This document shows positions 48,036 to 57,539 of a stretch of DNA of 64,000 nt, one piece after another. Each line of letters starts with the position of its first letter. The stretch's first letter is position 1. A program made the position numbers and the translations under genes. The stretch is from Clostridiales bacterium. Its GTDB lineage: Bacteria; Acidobacteriota; Aminicenantia; Aminicenantales; UBA8522. The notes under the pieces were generated by a model. The model was not told where the DNA came from and searched no databases. It saw only the letters and a list, made by a program, of their open reading frames with translations. Location: NCBI GenBank assembly GCA_029907205.1, contig JARYMI010000016.1:959-64958 (forward strand), read 5' to 3'.

Positions 48036-48233
48036 TTAGGCTTTCTTCAGGATGGGCATTCCCGTCTTGGCCGTCTCGATGACTTTGAAGCCGGCCGGGA
48101 CGGAGTCAAGGGCGCCGGGTCTGATGTCGCGAGCGAAATAATAGATGACTTGTTTCCTGCCGCCCTTCAGAGTGACGGTTCGAGAGTGCAGAAAGTACTT
48201 CACCCCTTTTTTGTTGGTGAATTCGTAAGCCAT
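48036..48233 (-). CDS. Small basic hypothetical protein (65 aa)
   Basis: AGGAGG RBS, MAYEFTNKKG..YFLH...IYYFA...TGMPILKK, own terminator. Confidence 0.8.
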   Translation of the reverse strand: MAYEFTNKKGVKYFLHSRTVTLKGGRKQVIYYFARDIRPGALDSVPAGFKVIETAKTGMPILKKA

Positions 48234-48326
48234 AAATAACCTCCTATGAATCCGCCTTTCCTCGATCTTGACAAAGTATTTATAAAAAAAAAGAACCTCT
48301 GTCAAGCTCAATTTATTTTTTTCTTT

Positions 48327-48755
48327 TCAAGAAATAATAAGGTCTTCCCGGCCCAGTTGCCGCAAAATCCGCGGGTAGAGGTCGAACACCGGCTTGAGGA
48401 ACGGCACGATCTTAGTTGCGAGGGCAATATTACCATCGGCGCTGACCTTGCCACCAAACAACGCCTGGATGACATTGGCTTTGCCCAACCAAAACTCATG
48501 GTTGAAGTCGGCCGAACTCATGAGCGTCAGGTCCGGTTTCACTCCCGTCTCGCCCAGAGTGAAAGAAAAATACTTTCCCGCCGGCGGCACATCCCGGCAG
48601 TTGATCGTCATCAGGCCGTCAGGGTCGTGAACCTGGAAACGGACGATGAGTTTTGACTTATGGAAGTCGGGACCAATGGCCGGGTTTGAAGCGATAGCCT
48701 CGAAAAAAGAACGAAAGATATCAAACATCTCCTCCTGACTTTTGAAATACGGCAT
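48327..48755 (-). CDS. SCP2 sterol-carrier-like protein
   Basis: PDLTL.SSAD...FWLGK.N...ALFGGKV.ADG motif; AAGGAGG RBS. Confidence 0.8.
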   Translation of the reverse strand: MPYFKSQEEMFDIFRSFFEAIASNPAIGPDFHKSKLIVRFQVHDPDGLMTINCRDVPPAGKYFSFTLGETGVKPDLTLMSSADFNHEFWLGKANVIQALFGGKVSADGNIALATKIVPFLKPVFDLYPRILRQLGREDLIIS

Positions 48756-48777
48756 CACCGTCCTCCTTATCGGCCTC

Positions 48778-49059
48778 TCAGTGGATGAACCCGACCGAAG
48801 GCGGAAGATCGGCCGGAATAATGGGGCCAAAATTTTCCTCATACCTCCTGACGTTGGCCTGGAGAGCTTCCATGAATCTCTTGGCGTGAGCGGGGCTCAG
48901 GATGGTCCGTGAGACGAGCTTGCCCATCGGGCCATCCGGAAAGATGAACGCAAAATCAAAAATGAATTCTTCTTTTGTGTGGCGGATGGCCGCCAAGTTG
49001 GAATAGTGGCCTAAAGCAATGTGCTCGTCCACTTTGATGTCGATTTTCTTTTCCTCCAT
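48778..49059 (-). CDS. DUF3467 family protein
   Basis: G.YSN...I.H...EF..DF, SR.ILSP.HAKR...AL..N...YE..FG.I. Confidence 0.9.
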   Translation of the reverse strand: MEEKKIDIKVDEHIALGHYSNLAAIRHTKEEFIFDFAFIFPDGPMGKLVSRTILSPAHAKRFMEALQANVRRYEENFGPIIPADLPPSVGFIH

Positions 49060-49152
49060 CTCGCCTCCTCTCTTCGAGAATTGCCCTTATTTTCGCTGAA
49101 TTCAGGGGGAATTTCAACATAAATAAAATTTTAAAAAAAAATAAAAAAAAAC

Positions 49153-49180
49153 TTTACTTTTGCATTTTGAGTGGTATAAT
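49153..49180 (+). promoter_or_regulatory. Strong sigma70 promoter with no downstream same-strand gene
   Basis: A-rich UP-like tract, TTTACT, extended -10 TGGTATAAT. Confidence 0.65.
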
Positions 49181-49458
49181 AAAAGTGGCTTTCTTGCGCG
49201 GGCTGGAGAAAGCCCCCACCTTTTTGGTTCCCATCATCAACCCCCCTTTTGCTGACAACAGCCCGCACCTCTTCTGCCCATTTATCCGCTCCACGCATCA
49301 TCATTCCGCAACAGGGAAGTTCGAAGATCGAGAGTCGAGGAAAAAGAAAAAATAAGAAGAGGGGCTAACGGGAGGGAAAGCACAAGCCGTTGCAGAGAGA
49401 GAGAAAGAGAAAGAAAGAGAAAGAGAATAAATAAAGAGAATGAAGTTCCAGGAGTGCT

Positions 49459-50319
49459 TCAGGTGATTGGATCGCCTTCCGGGTATTTGGCGACGACTTC
49501 GACCGGAACTTCGAAGACTTTGCCCCAGCCCCCGAAACGCTGGACAACTTGCGGGCTGGTCAGCCCTCTTTTTTTCCCGTTCTCGATAAGATACACGGGC
49601 CGGTTGGGACGGTTGCTCTGCTCGATGATCAACCAGCCCTCAAACGTCAGGTCGATCATCTGTCCTTCTTCCATTTTTTCGAGCGTGTCATTGGACACTT
49701 CAACAAGATACTTCCAGGGGTCCTTTCCTCTTTTGAGGTCATAGTTGTAACGGAAAAGACTTTCAAGATCTTTAAAAGCTCGACGGACGTATTGACCCGG
49801 CCCCCGGCGCTCGATCATGTAGACGGCGTCTCTCCGTCCCTTTACATATCTCTGATGGAGATAAGCAAGGTTATCGGACATCGGCCACTTCGAGAACTCA
49901 GCGTCCATGGCGTTGAGAAGTCGTCGGCAAGCAGAGAGTTCATAAGGCATCACCTCCGCCTTTCTCATGGAGCTTTCGAGGTCCTGGAAGGCGCGAGTGA
50001 GGTAGAAAAAAGCGTTGTAGAGGTTTGTCCTCAGGAATCCAGCCCGATAATAATCGGACCTCTCCTCTGTCAGCCGCAAAAAGAGCCGGCAGGAGGCCAG
50101 AAAGGCCTCCGATTTAAAAAGGACTGCCTGTTCCTCATCGGAAATGGCATTGTTCCAGCCTTTGAAATGGCCAAAGCTCGTCTCAGCCAGGAACGAAGCC
50201 TGCTTTTCGAGTTCAAGAGCCAGGCCGTAGATTTGCTGTCTTCGATCGGCCCTGCCGGCTGAGAAAACTGTCAAGATAAAAATAATAAAAATGATTGGTT
50301 TGAGACCGTTCCTTTTCAT
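49459..50319 (-). CDS. Secreted protein: helical N-domain plus two C-terminal 'VYxIE..RR/KR' repeats
   Basis: Signal peptide, GGAGGT RBS before ATG 50319, internal repeat visible. Confidence 0.75.
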   Translation of the reverse strand: MKRNGLKPIIFIIFILTVFSAGRADRRQQIYGLALELEKQASFLAETSFGHFKGWNNAISDEEQAVLFKSEAFLASCRLFLRLTEERSDYYRAGFLRTNLYNAFFYLTRAFQDLESSMRKAEVMPYELSACRRLLNAMDAEFSKWPMSDNLAYLHQRYVKGRRDAVYMIERRGPGQYVRRAFKDLESLFRYNYDLKRGKDPWKYLVEVSNDTLEKMEEGQMIDLTFEGWLIIEQSNRPNRPVYLIENGKKRGLTSPQVVQRFGGWGKVFEVPVEVVAKYPEGDPIT

Positions 50320-50455
50320 CTTGACCTCCGGCTTTTCATGTCCTAAGTTATCTTTGTCCGGGCCGAAAGTCAACTAGGCATATTCGCCGCTCGTCAACCT
50401 TGACGGAAAAACTTGGCGGTGCTAAATTGGCGGAAAACAAAACAGAAGGGAGAGA

Positions 50456-50920
50456 TTGGATATGGACAAAACGAGAAGCTTGGCCAAGAGATACCAAAGA
50501 ATCCACGCCCAGCTCGCTGAGCTCTTTCTCAAGACGAAGAACAAAACCTCTCGTCTGGCCAGCATCGCCGCTCTCCTCCACCACAAAATGCCGCACTTCT
50601 TCTGGACCGGCTTCTACCTCCTCAGCGAAGGCGAGCTTGTTGTCGGGCCCTACCAGGGTTCCCTGGCCTGCCCGGTCCTTGAAAAACACAAAGGCGTCTG
50701 CTGGGCAGGCATTCTGCGTCGGCAGCCAGTCATCGTTCCCGATGTCCATCAATTCCCCGGACACATCGCCTGCGACAGCCGCTCCAACTCTGAGATTGTC
50801 ATCCCTCTGTTCGACGAAAAAGGCGAGGTCTGGGGGGTCCTGGACGTCGACAGCCGCGCCTTTGACGCTTTCACAGAAATTGATAGAGAATGGCTCGAGA
50901 AAATCGTTGCGTTGATTTAG
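50456..50920 (+). CDS. msrC: GAF-domain protein, free methionine-(R)-sulfoxide reductase-like
   Basis: WTGFY, GPYQG..AC, GVC, VPDVHQFPGHIACD..S.SEIV.P, LDVDS. Confidence 0.88.
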   Translation: MDMDKTRSLAKRYQRIHAQLAELFLKTKNKTSRLASIAALLHHKMPHFFWTGFYLLSEGELVVGPYQGSLACPVLEKHKGVCWAGILRRQPVIVPDVHQFPGHIACDSRSNSEIVIPLFDEKGEVWGVLDVDSRAFDAFTEIDREWLEKIVALI

Positions 50921-50941
50921 CGGGCCTTACCGTTCAGCTTC

Positions 50942-52414
50942 TCACTCGGTATAGTATTTAATCACCCGGCGGACAGCCTCCTCGCAGACCTTGCAGAAGG
51001 GCTTGGCTCCTTTCGTGAACATCAAACAATCAACGGCCGGACGGTAAAGCCCCCAGGACGAATACCCAGCGCCTTCCATGGCACCGACCATCCCCGAGAA
51101 CCTGCTCCGGCGGAGAAACTCATCCACTTTGTTGGCCTGTTCCCGCGACAGTTTCTCGGACTCCTCCACGAGCCTTTCCACGTCGGCTAGCGGCGCTCCG
51201 GCTCTCTTCATGACCGCGATTCTCGTGTTGATCTCTGCGCGGATCTTCTGGTAGGCGCCGTCCATCCTGTCGAACTCTTCTTTCTCCCAGGGCGTGGGAA
51301 TCTCGATCTCCGGCGTGAGCAAGTCTTTCCACTTGAGGTTCTTGGGGTCAAGGAGGGCGGTGATGTTCGGCTCGAGCGGCTCGACCCCCTTCGGGTAGAA
51401 TTCGTTATAGGCAACCTCCGACGTGTAGTACTCGTCGGCCAGACCGGCGAACGAATGGCCAAATTCATGGAGGAAGAGATACTCATACCACTGATTGTCT
51501 GTGGTAAAAGTGCAGAAGAGGTTATAAATCCCGCCGCCGCCGTAACGCCTGTGATTGACCATGATGACAAGGGCGTCATAAGGAACATGAGCGGCGATGT
51601 TGCGCAAACTCTTGTTATCTTCTGTCAGGACATAGCGTTCAGAGCCGAGGGAATCAAAAGAGGCGCTCACGGCTGTGTTCTTATAGCTCCCGTGACTCGG
51701 CTCATCGCAACCGCTTTCAGCCGATGGTTTGAAAACACAAGAGAGGTTGAAAAGGTCGGGCCGGCTTTTATAAGGCTCCAGGCTGAAGAAGACCTCGGTA
51801 AAGCGTTTCAAGTCTGCAAGGAGTTTTTTCTCCTCGGCCGCCGTGTAACCCTCAGCGACGAAAGCGATGTCGACTTTCTCATGCGGGTCGCCGCTCTTAA
51901 GAACCCGAAGGACTTTCACCCCAGCGACGAGTGATTCCCTGTTGATGAAGATGTCAGCAGGGTCTATCTCGGCGCGAAAGATGGGCTGGAGAATATTCTC
52001 CCTGTTTCGTAACTCGACCGTAAAAATGATTTTGTTCTTGGGATACGGGATGAGGGCAGACTCATGGTACGTCCTTTTAACTCCGCGCAGCGCCATGTCC
52101 GTTGTCTTGTATTCTCCGAAATAGCTGTCAAAGCCCCGAGAAAAAATGAGCTCACCCGAGGCGGCATCGTACACTTTGACGCAATAGCGGCCGAGGTCAA
52201 AGGGATCAAGAAGGTTCTTGAGGCTCCCCGGCCAAACGCCTTGATCGTAAACCTGGTCGAGTGTGATAAACTCCTCTTTGGCGTCTCCACCGTGAAAGGT
52301 GTCTATGCGCATTGTCCGGTCGATAAAATATTTATCAAAGTCGACGGGAGACGCGGTGGCGAGAATTCCCGAAAAGATCAATATGAGAATAAAAAAAAGA
52401 AAACGCCTGGGCAT
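50942..52414 (-). CDS. Peptidase M64 (IgA peptidase-like), secreted
   Basis: T.R.D..H.G N-domain, YGGGGIYN, HEFGHSFAGLADEY, EGAGY...YRP..DC.M....FC.VC. Confidence 0.93.
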   Translation of the reverse strand: MPRRFLFFILILIFSGILATASPVDFDKYFIDRTMRIDTFHGGDAKEEFITLDQVYDQGVWPGSLKNLLDPFDLGRYCVKVYDAASGELIFSRGFDSYFGEYKTTDMALRGVKRTYHESALIPYPKNKIIFTVELRNRENILQPIFRAEIDPADIFINRESLVAGVKVLRVLKSGDPHEKVDIAFVAEGYTAAEEKKLLADLKRFTEVFFSLEPYKSRPDLFNLSCVFKPSAESGCDEPSHGSYKNTAVSASFDSLGSERYVLTEDNKSLRNIAAHVPYDALVIMVNHRRYGGGGIYNLFCTFTTDNQWYEYLFLHEFGHSFAGLADEYYTSEVAYNEFYPKGVEPLEPNITALLDPKNLKWKDLLTPEIEIPTPWEKEEFDRMDGAYQKIRAEINTRIAVMKRAGAPLADVERLVEESEKLSREQANKVDEFLRRSRFSGMVGAMEGAGYSSWGLYRPAVDCLMFTKGAKPFCKVCEEAVRRVIKYYTE

Positions 52415-52440
52415 GGTCAAACCTCCTGTTTTGCTCCGTG

Positions 52441-53298
52441 TCAATTCTTTCGAGACCCCCGACCCTTCTGGACCATCTTTCCGGCCGTTTCCTTGATGAT
52501 CTTAACGGCTGCGGCCGCTGTGATCCCGGAGGGATCGCGCGTCGGGTTGAGCTCAACGACGTCCATCCCGACAAGATTTGCCTTTAAAGAATGGATGATG
52601 TCAACGGCCTGGCGTGTCGTCAGGCCTCCGGGCTCGTGATGGGAGACGCCTGGCGCAAAGGCCGGGTCGAGGGCGTCCAAATCAAAGGAGATATAAAGGG
52701 GATTCCGGAAACTCAAGACCGGCCCGCCTTCAAGGTCTTTCATCTCGATCATTCGGACACCATGACGGCTGGCCACAGCCCGCTGGTCTGAAGTGGCGGC
52801 CCTGACGCCAACCTGGACGAGTTCCTTGGCCAACCCCTCTTCCATGATTCGGGCAAAAGGGCAGGCGTGGGAATAGCGATCACCGTAAAGCTCTTCATAC
52901 AGGTCCGGATGGGCGTCAAAATGGAGGAGGGAGAGGGCAGAAAATTTTTTTGCCAGAGCTCTCACAACAGGATATGTGACGGAATGGTCACCTCCCAAGA
53001 TAATCGGCCTGGCTTTTTTCCCGACTACTTCCAAAACCGCGGCTTCAATTCGGCTGAAGGTCTTATCCACGTCGCCGGACGTATCCACATCACCCCAATC
53101 GACGAGCACCGCCTCCTTCTCAAGGTTGACGCCCAGTTCAGTGAACGGGTTAAGAGCTCTCCCTGTTGAAGCCGCCCGGATGGCTGCCGGCCCCAGAGCT
53201 GCTCCCCTGAGGAAGCAGGATTTTTCGTCAAAAGGAACCCCGATGATGGCAAGATCATAATCACGGCTTTTTTTGATGGCTCCACCGAAATCAGTCAT
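52441..53298 (-). CDS. speB: Agmatinase/ureohydrolase
   Basis: GGDHS, DAHPD, SHAC, D.D.LDPAFAPG, DVVELNP. Confidence 0.85.
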   Translation of the reverse strand: MTDFGGAIKKSRDYDLAIIGVPFDEKSCFLRGAALGPAAIRAASTGRALNPFTELGVNLEKEAVLVDWGDVDTSGDVDKTFSRIEAAVLEVVGKKARPIILGGDHSVTYPVVRALAKKFSALSLLHFDAHPDLYEELYGDRYSHACPFARIMEEGLAKELVQVGVRAATSDQRAVASRHGVRMIEMKDLEGGPVLSFRNPLYISFDLDALDPAFAPGVSHHEPGGLTTRQAVDIIHSLKANLVGMDVVELNPTRDPSGITAAAAVKIIKETAGKMVQKGRGSRKN

Positions 53299-53313
53299 GT
53301 CGGGCCTCCTCAG

Positions 53314-54561
53314 TCAGGAAACTGTCAAGATGGCAGCCGCAAAGCTGACAGCTGACGCCGTCGCTTCTTCTCGCCAGAATTCATAATCAAGAACCTGGCC
53401 CCGGGATTCTGGGAAAATTTCGAGAAGCGAGGCCAGGGTCCCGAGCCCGCAGACGTTGTACCTGTCTCTGACCCTCCGCGATTCAGCCCATAGAGCTTCA
53501 ACATCCCCGCGGCTGAGAGCCTCGAGGAGGGCATGGTCGTGCTGTTTAGCCTCAAGGAGGAGGGACATCGCCCTTTCCCGGTGGCCAAACTTTGGGCCGA
53601 TGTGGGAAAAATCGACGCCAGCGACAAAAAGAGAGTCATGTTTATTTTCATCCCAGCAGGCCCTCATCTCTTCCAAAAACCGGGCCACGTCGTTGATTTG
53701 GGAAGGGCGGGAAACACGTTCAACGTCTGCGGCGAAAGAGCCGCACAGGATGGGGACGAGAGAGAAGGATGTGCCGTAAAGGTGCTGGAGAAAAACGAGC
53801 TGGAACTCGAGAGAATGCTCCCGACGGTGGGAAATGTCGTAAGGGGCCACAGCGCGGTTGCCCGCTTTTTTAAGTTTGTTGACAACATCGCGGTCTGTCT
53901 TCGTTCGTCCAAGGGGCGTCTCGTAGTCTTTCTCCGTTAGAGAGAAATACCCTTCATCCAGGCTATGACCGGTGCCCAAAAGGAAAACCCGGCGGGGAGA
54001 GACATCCCTGATCGCCCGGTAGGCTTTGGCGTAGACTCTTTTTCCAACCTCAAAGTCGATGTGCGGAGCGATCAGAGCACAGATGCGGCCGGGAGGAGTC
54101 CCAGGGACGGCATCATCTCCCCCCGAAAAAAAGAAAGATTCAAGATAATGGGACAGCTCGCGGGGGTTGGCCGGATAAGAATGGCCCGCGTGGGATGCTT
54201 CCCTGACTTCGAGCCGGACATATTCCTCGAGAAGCCGTTCCTTTTCCTTCTGGTACTGCCAACTCTGCAGAAGAAAGGAGGCTTCCAGCTCAGCAACGAT
54301 CCTTTCGATGTGCCCGCAGTCAACGAGCATCCCCCGCTTCAGCCGGACGAACTCTACCTGGATATCCCGTACCGTCCTCTGACCGTCGATGAGTCCGAGT
54401 AGACTCAGCGCATCGCCCTGGAGTATGACGGGGTCACGGATCAACCCCAGGTGGTCCCTCACTAACAGAGCTTTTTCTCCCCGGTAGGACGTGGGAATGA
54501 CTTCCAGGTCCGTCCTCAGCCGCGGGATTGGGCTATCTTCTTTCATTTGGCTCGGAAACAA
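53314..54561 (-). CDS. MEMO1 / AmmeMemoRadiSAM protein B with N-terminal extension
   Basis: AG.SYP, APHID, GTGH, H..EHS.E.Q, DFSHIGPKFG, VCG motifs. Confidence 0.88.
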   Translation of the reverse strand: MFPSQMKEDSPIPRLRTDLEVIPTSYRGEKALLVRDHLGLIRDPVILQGDALSLLGLIDGQRTVRDIQVEFVRLKRGMLVDCGHIERIVAELEASFLLQSWQYQKEKERLLEEYVRLEVREASHAGHSYPANPRELSHYLESFFFSGGDDAVPGTPPGRICALIAPHIDFEVGKRVYAKAYRAIRDVSPRRVFLLGTGHSLDEGYFSLTEKDYETPLGRTKTDRDVVNKLKKAGNRAVAPYDISHRREHSLEFQLVFLQHLYGTSFSLVPILCGSFAADVERVSRPSQINDVARFLEEMRACWDENKHDSLFVAGVDFSHIGPKFGHRERAMSLLLEAKQHDHALLEALSRGDVEALWAESRRVRDRYNVCGLGTLASLLEIFPESRGQVLDYEFWREEATASAVSFAAAILTVS

Positions 54562-54947
54562 TAATAGCCTTCATTAAGTACATTTTTTTGGCCAAAAATG
54601 CAATATCAGGGAGGTCTTAAAAAAATGGCCTCCTTGATTCATTGTCTTGATTCAAGAAGGCCATCGAAAGGAGGGTGGGGGTGGGGGGAGAGAGGGATCT
54701 TAGCCCCCTCTCCTTTTTCACAACCTCGGCTACGCCTTGGATGAGAAAAACTCGAGCCTTTGAGGCTGCGACAACGTCATCCTGTCACACGCGTGACAGC
54801 GGCGCAATCCCCTTTAAGGATGGTTTTGGGGGTGATCTTTCCTCCCCTCCTCTCCTCCCCATTCAGGCGCAGGCTCAAGCCCTTGATGGCTTTTCTTTTT
54901 CTGAGAAATGATTATAATCTGAGAGAAAAACACCACAAGGAGGACCC

Positions 54948-55928
54948 GTGGAAAAACTAAAAACAGTCAAGACGCAGCCGGACGCCCTAAGGCTGCTCAA
55001 CATTGCCCTGGAGCATGAATGGGCGGTGAGTTTCGAATACACCATCCACGCCTATTCCATGCCAAAAGGGGAATTTTTCTACGATGACCCGGTCATGAAA
55101 CTCAAGACTGACGCGAGGGCTCAGACAATCCAGATCGGCATCGACGAGATGTACCATGCCCTCCAGCTTGGCATTGTCATCACTCAACTGGGAGGGACCC
55201 CTTCATTCAAGACGGACAAAGTCATCCGCTATCCTAAGATCATCGAAAACCTCCGGCGGGACAAGATGACAGAAGACCTCGTCACCGACCTCTACCAGTC
55301 CGCCGAATGGGAAGAGGGCGCTTTCCCCAAGATTCAGAACATGGTCCTCAACATTTCTTACGACGAGGTGCGCCACTCGCGCCAGTTCGAGACGATGATC
55401 AGGACGATGGAAGAGGAGGGGTCGACTGAAGCCCTCTGCTTCAAAGAAACCCCGGATGCCGCCGCCAGAGAGGATGTCCGGCTTCTCCACGACATCACCC
55501 GTATGGAAAACGAGCTCATGCACCGCTACCTCAAGTACGTCATCCTTTTTAGCGAGCACCAGGACCTCAGCCAGCGGCTGTTCAAGAACTCGATCAACCA
55601 TATGCGGCACTGGGACAAGAACTCGGGCATCCTTGTCAAGCTGGGCAGCGTCATCCAGATTGAGAACGCGGTCAGGGACACTGACGGAGTCGAAAAAAGC
55701 ACGGACCCGATGCCATCGTTCTACCCGGGAGAGGACCGGCTGTCCGCCCTTGAAACGCTCATCCCGGCCGAGGAGAAGCTCATTGCCGCCTACGAAAGAC
55801 TTCTCAACCTGCTGCCGCCCGGAGAAATCAGGGATCAGATCGGCCTTCACCTTGGGCTGAACAGGGAGCATCTCTTCACCCAGGAATGGCTGCTCACAAA
55901 TGCCCGAAAGATTAAAGGGCTTCGCTGA
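54948..55928 (+). CDS. Tandem ferritin-like domain protein
   Basis: E..A..Y, DEMYH, DEVRH in domain 1; ENELM..Y, HMRH, AEE, REH in domain 2; AAGGAGG RBS. Confidence 0.8.
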   Translation: MEKLKTVKTQPDALRLLNIALEHEWAVSFEYTIHAYSMPKGEFFYDDPVMKLKTDARAQTIQIGIDEMYHALQLGIVITQLGGTPSFKTDKVIRYPKIIENLRRDKMTEDLVTDLYQSAEWEEGAFPKIQNMVLNISYDEVRHSRQFETMIRTMEEEGSTEALCFKETPDAAAREDVRLLHDITRMENELMHRYLKYVILFSEHQDLSQRLFKNSINHMRHWDKNSGILVKLGSVIQIENAVRDTDGVEKSTDPMPSFYPGEDRLSALETLIPAEEKLIAAYERLLNLLPPGEIRDQIGLHLGLNREHLFTQEWLLTNARKIKGLR

Positions 55929-56003
55929 TAAGGTGGCCTCTGCGGCGGCCAGGAGGAGGATCGGCGGTTACGGAGAGGAACTTAGGTCATCGGAGGATGA
56001 ACC

Positions 56004-56564
56004 ATGAAAAACATAAGAACCCAGCTTAAGCGCTTTCAGTATTTCTACCCTTACACCGTGGCACTGGTGGGAGCTTCAGTCGGGGGCCAGGTCAACTTCA
56101 TGAGTTGCGCCTGGCACACAGCTCTCTCTTTCGACCCGCCGCTTTTCGGCGTTTTAGTCTCCCGCAAACGCTTCTCTCACGGGATCATCTCCAAGGCAAG
56201 AGAGTTCACAGTGAACTTTCTCAGCTTCGAGAGGGTAAAGCTGTCCGCCCAGATGGGCCGAAAATCAGGCCATGACCTGGACAAGGTCAAGGAGTTCAAG
56301 CTTCGCCTGGCACGCTCGAAGGTCATTCAATCTCCAATCGTGGAGGAGGCTTACGTTTCTTTTGAATGCCGGCTGGCTGAAGTGCGGGCTTACGGCGACC
56401 ATGACCTTTTTGTCGGTGAGGTTCTGGCTGTTCATGAGGAGCCCGGCTGTTTCAACGCCGAAGGGATTCTCAACCCGGGAAAGGTCCGGCCGCTTCTTTA
56501 CCTGGGAAGCGATTTTTACCTCACCGTCGACCAGGACACACTCAAGCACGTATTGCCAGACTAA
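56004..56564 (+). CDS. Flavin reductase-like (flavoredoxin) protein
   Basis: N.M..AW...S.DPP, EFTVNF, G..SG...DK, ECRL....GDH.LFVGEV. Confidence 0.9.
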   Translation: MKNIRTQLKRFQYFYPYTVALVGASVGGQVNFMSCAWHTALSFDPPLFGVLVSRKRFSHGIISKAREFTVNFLSFERVKLSAQMGRKSGHDLDKVKEFKLRLARSKVIQSPIVEEAYVSFECRLAEVRAYGDHDLFVGEVLAVHEEPGCFNAEGILNPGKVRPLLYLGSDFYLTVDQDTLKHVLPD

Positions 56565-56621
56565 AATGGTCAAGAGCTTTTTTTCTAACCTTCGTTTCGC
56601 TATACTAATAAAGAAATTCTG

Positions 56622-57539
56622 ATGGCCGCTGTCCTCAAAGTTGAAAACCTCCACAAGTCCTTCAAGGTGGGGTTCATCCCCAAAAAGCGGGAAATCCTGA
56701 AGGGCATTTCTTTTTCGGTCGAGGCGGGGGAGATTTTCGGCTATCTCGGCCCCAACGGCGCCGGCAAAACCACCACTCTGAAGTGCACGCTTGGGTTGAT
56801 TTTCCCGGATCAGGGCCAAATCGAAATCTTCGGCCATTCCCACCTTTCCCTTGAGGCCAAAGAGCGCATCGGCTACCTGCCGGAAAGCCCTTATTTTTAT
56901 GAATACCTCACTGGGGGGGAGTTTCTTGATTTCTATGCCCGTCTTTTTCTGTTAGGAAAAAAAGAAAAGGAAGAAAGGATCCGAAGCCTCCTCCGGCTTG
57001 TGGGGCTGGAGCGGGCGGCCCGCCTCCAGCTCCGCAAATTCTCCCGCGGCATGCTCCAAAGAATCGGACTGGCCCAGGCGCTTATCAACGACCCTGAGCT
57101 TGTTTTTCTCGATGAGCCGTTGGGCGGCCTCGACCCTCTCGGCCGGAAAGAGCTCAGGGATATCATCATTCGCTTAAAACGAGAGGGGAAAACGATCTTC
57201 CTATGCTCCCATATCCTCCAGGACATCGAGATGATCTGCGACCGGGTGGCCATCCTTGTCGGCGGCCGGGTCATCAGCCAGGGAGCGCTTGAGGCCCTTG
57301 TCTCGGAAAAAATCCTTTACACCGAGGTCACTCTGTCTGGCCTCTCTGAATCCGACCTCGAGGGCTTAGGCGAGCCGGTCTCCTCTCATGGCGACAGGAT
57401 AATGCTCAAAGTTTTTCAGGAGGATAACATCGAGCGCCTGGTGGCTCTTGTTCAAGATAAGAAGGCGAGAATCCATTCTCTTGTCCCCCGGACAGAAACT
57501 CTTGAAGATATTTTTGTCGAAATGGTGAGACAGGGATGA
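56622..57539 (+). CDS. ABC ATPase, PilH/XapD-like
   Basis: GPNGAGKTT, FSRGMLQR.GLAQAL..DP, DEP..GLDPLGR. Confidence 0.9.
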   Translation: MAAVLKVENLHKSFKVGFIPKKREILKGISFSVEAGEIFGYLGPNGAGKTTTLKCTLGLIFPDQGQIEIFGHSHLSLEAKERIGYLPESPYFYEYLTGGEFLDFYARLFLLGKKEKEERIRSLLRLVGLERAARLQLRKFSRGMLQRIGLAQALINDPELVFLDEPLGGLDPLGRKELRDIIIRLKREGKTIFLCSHILQDIEMICDRVAILVGGRVISQGALEALVSEKILYTEVTLSGLSESDLEGLGEPVSSHGDRIMLKVFQEDNIERLVALVQDKKARIHSLVPRTETLEDIFVEMVRQG

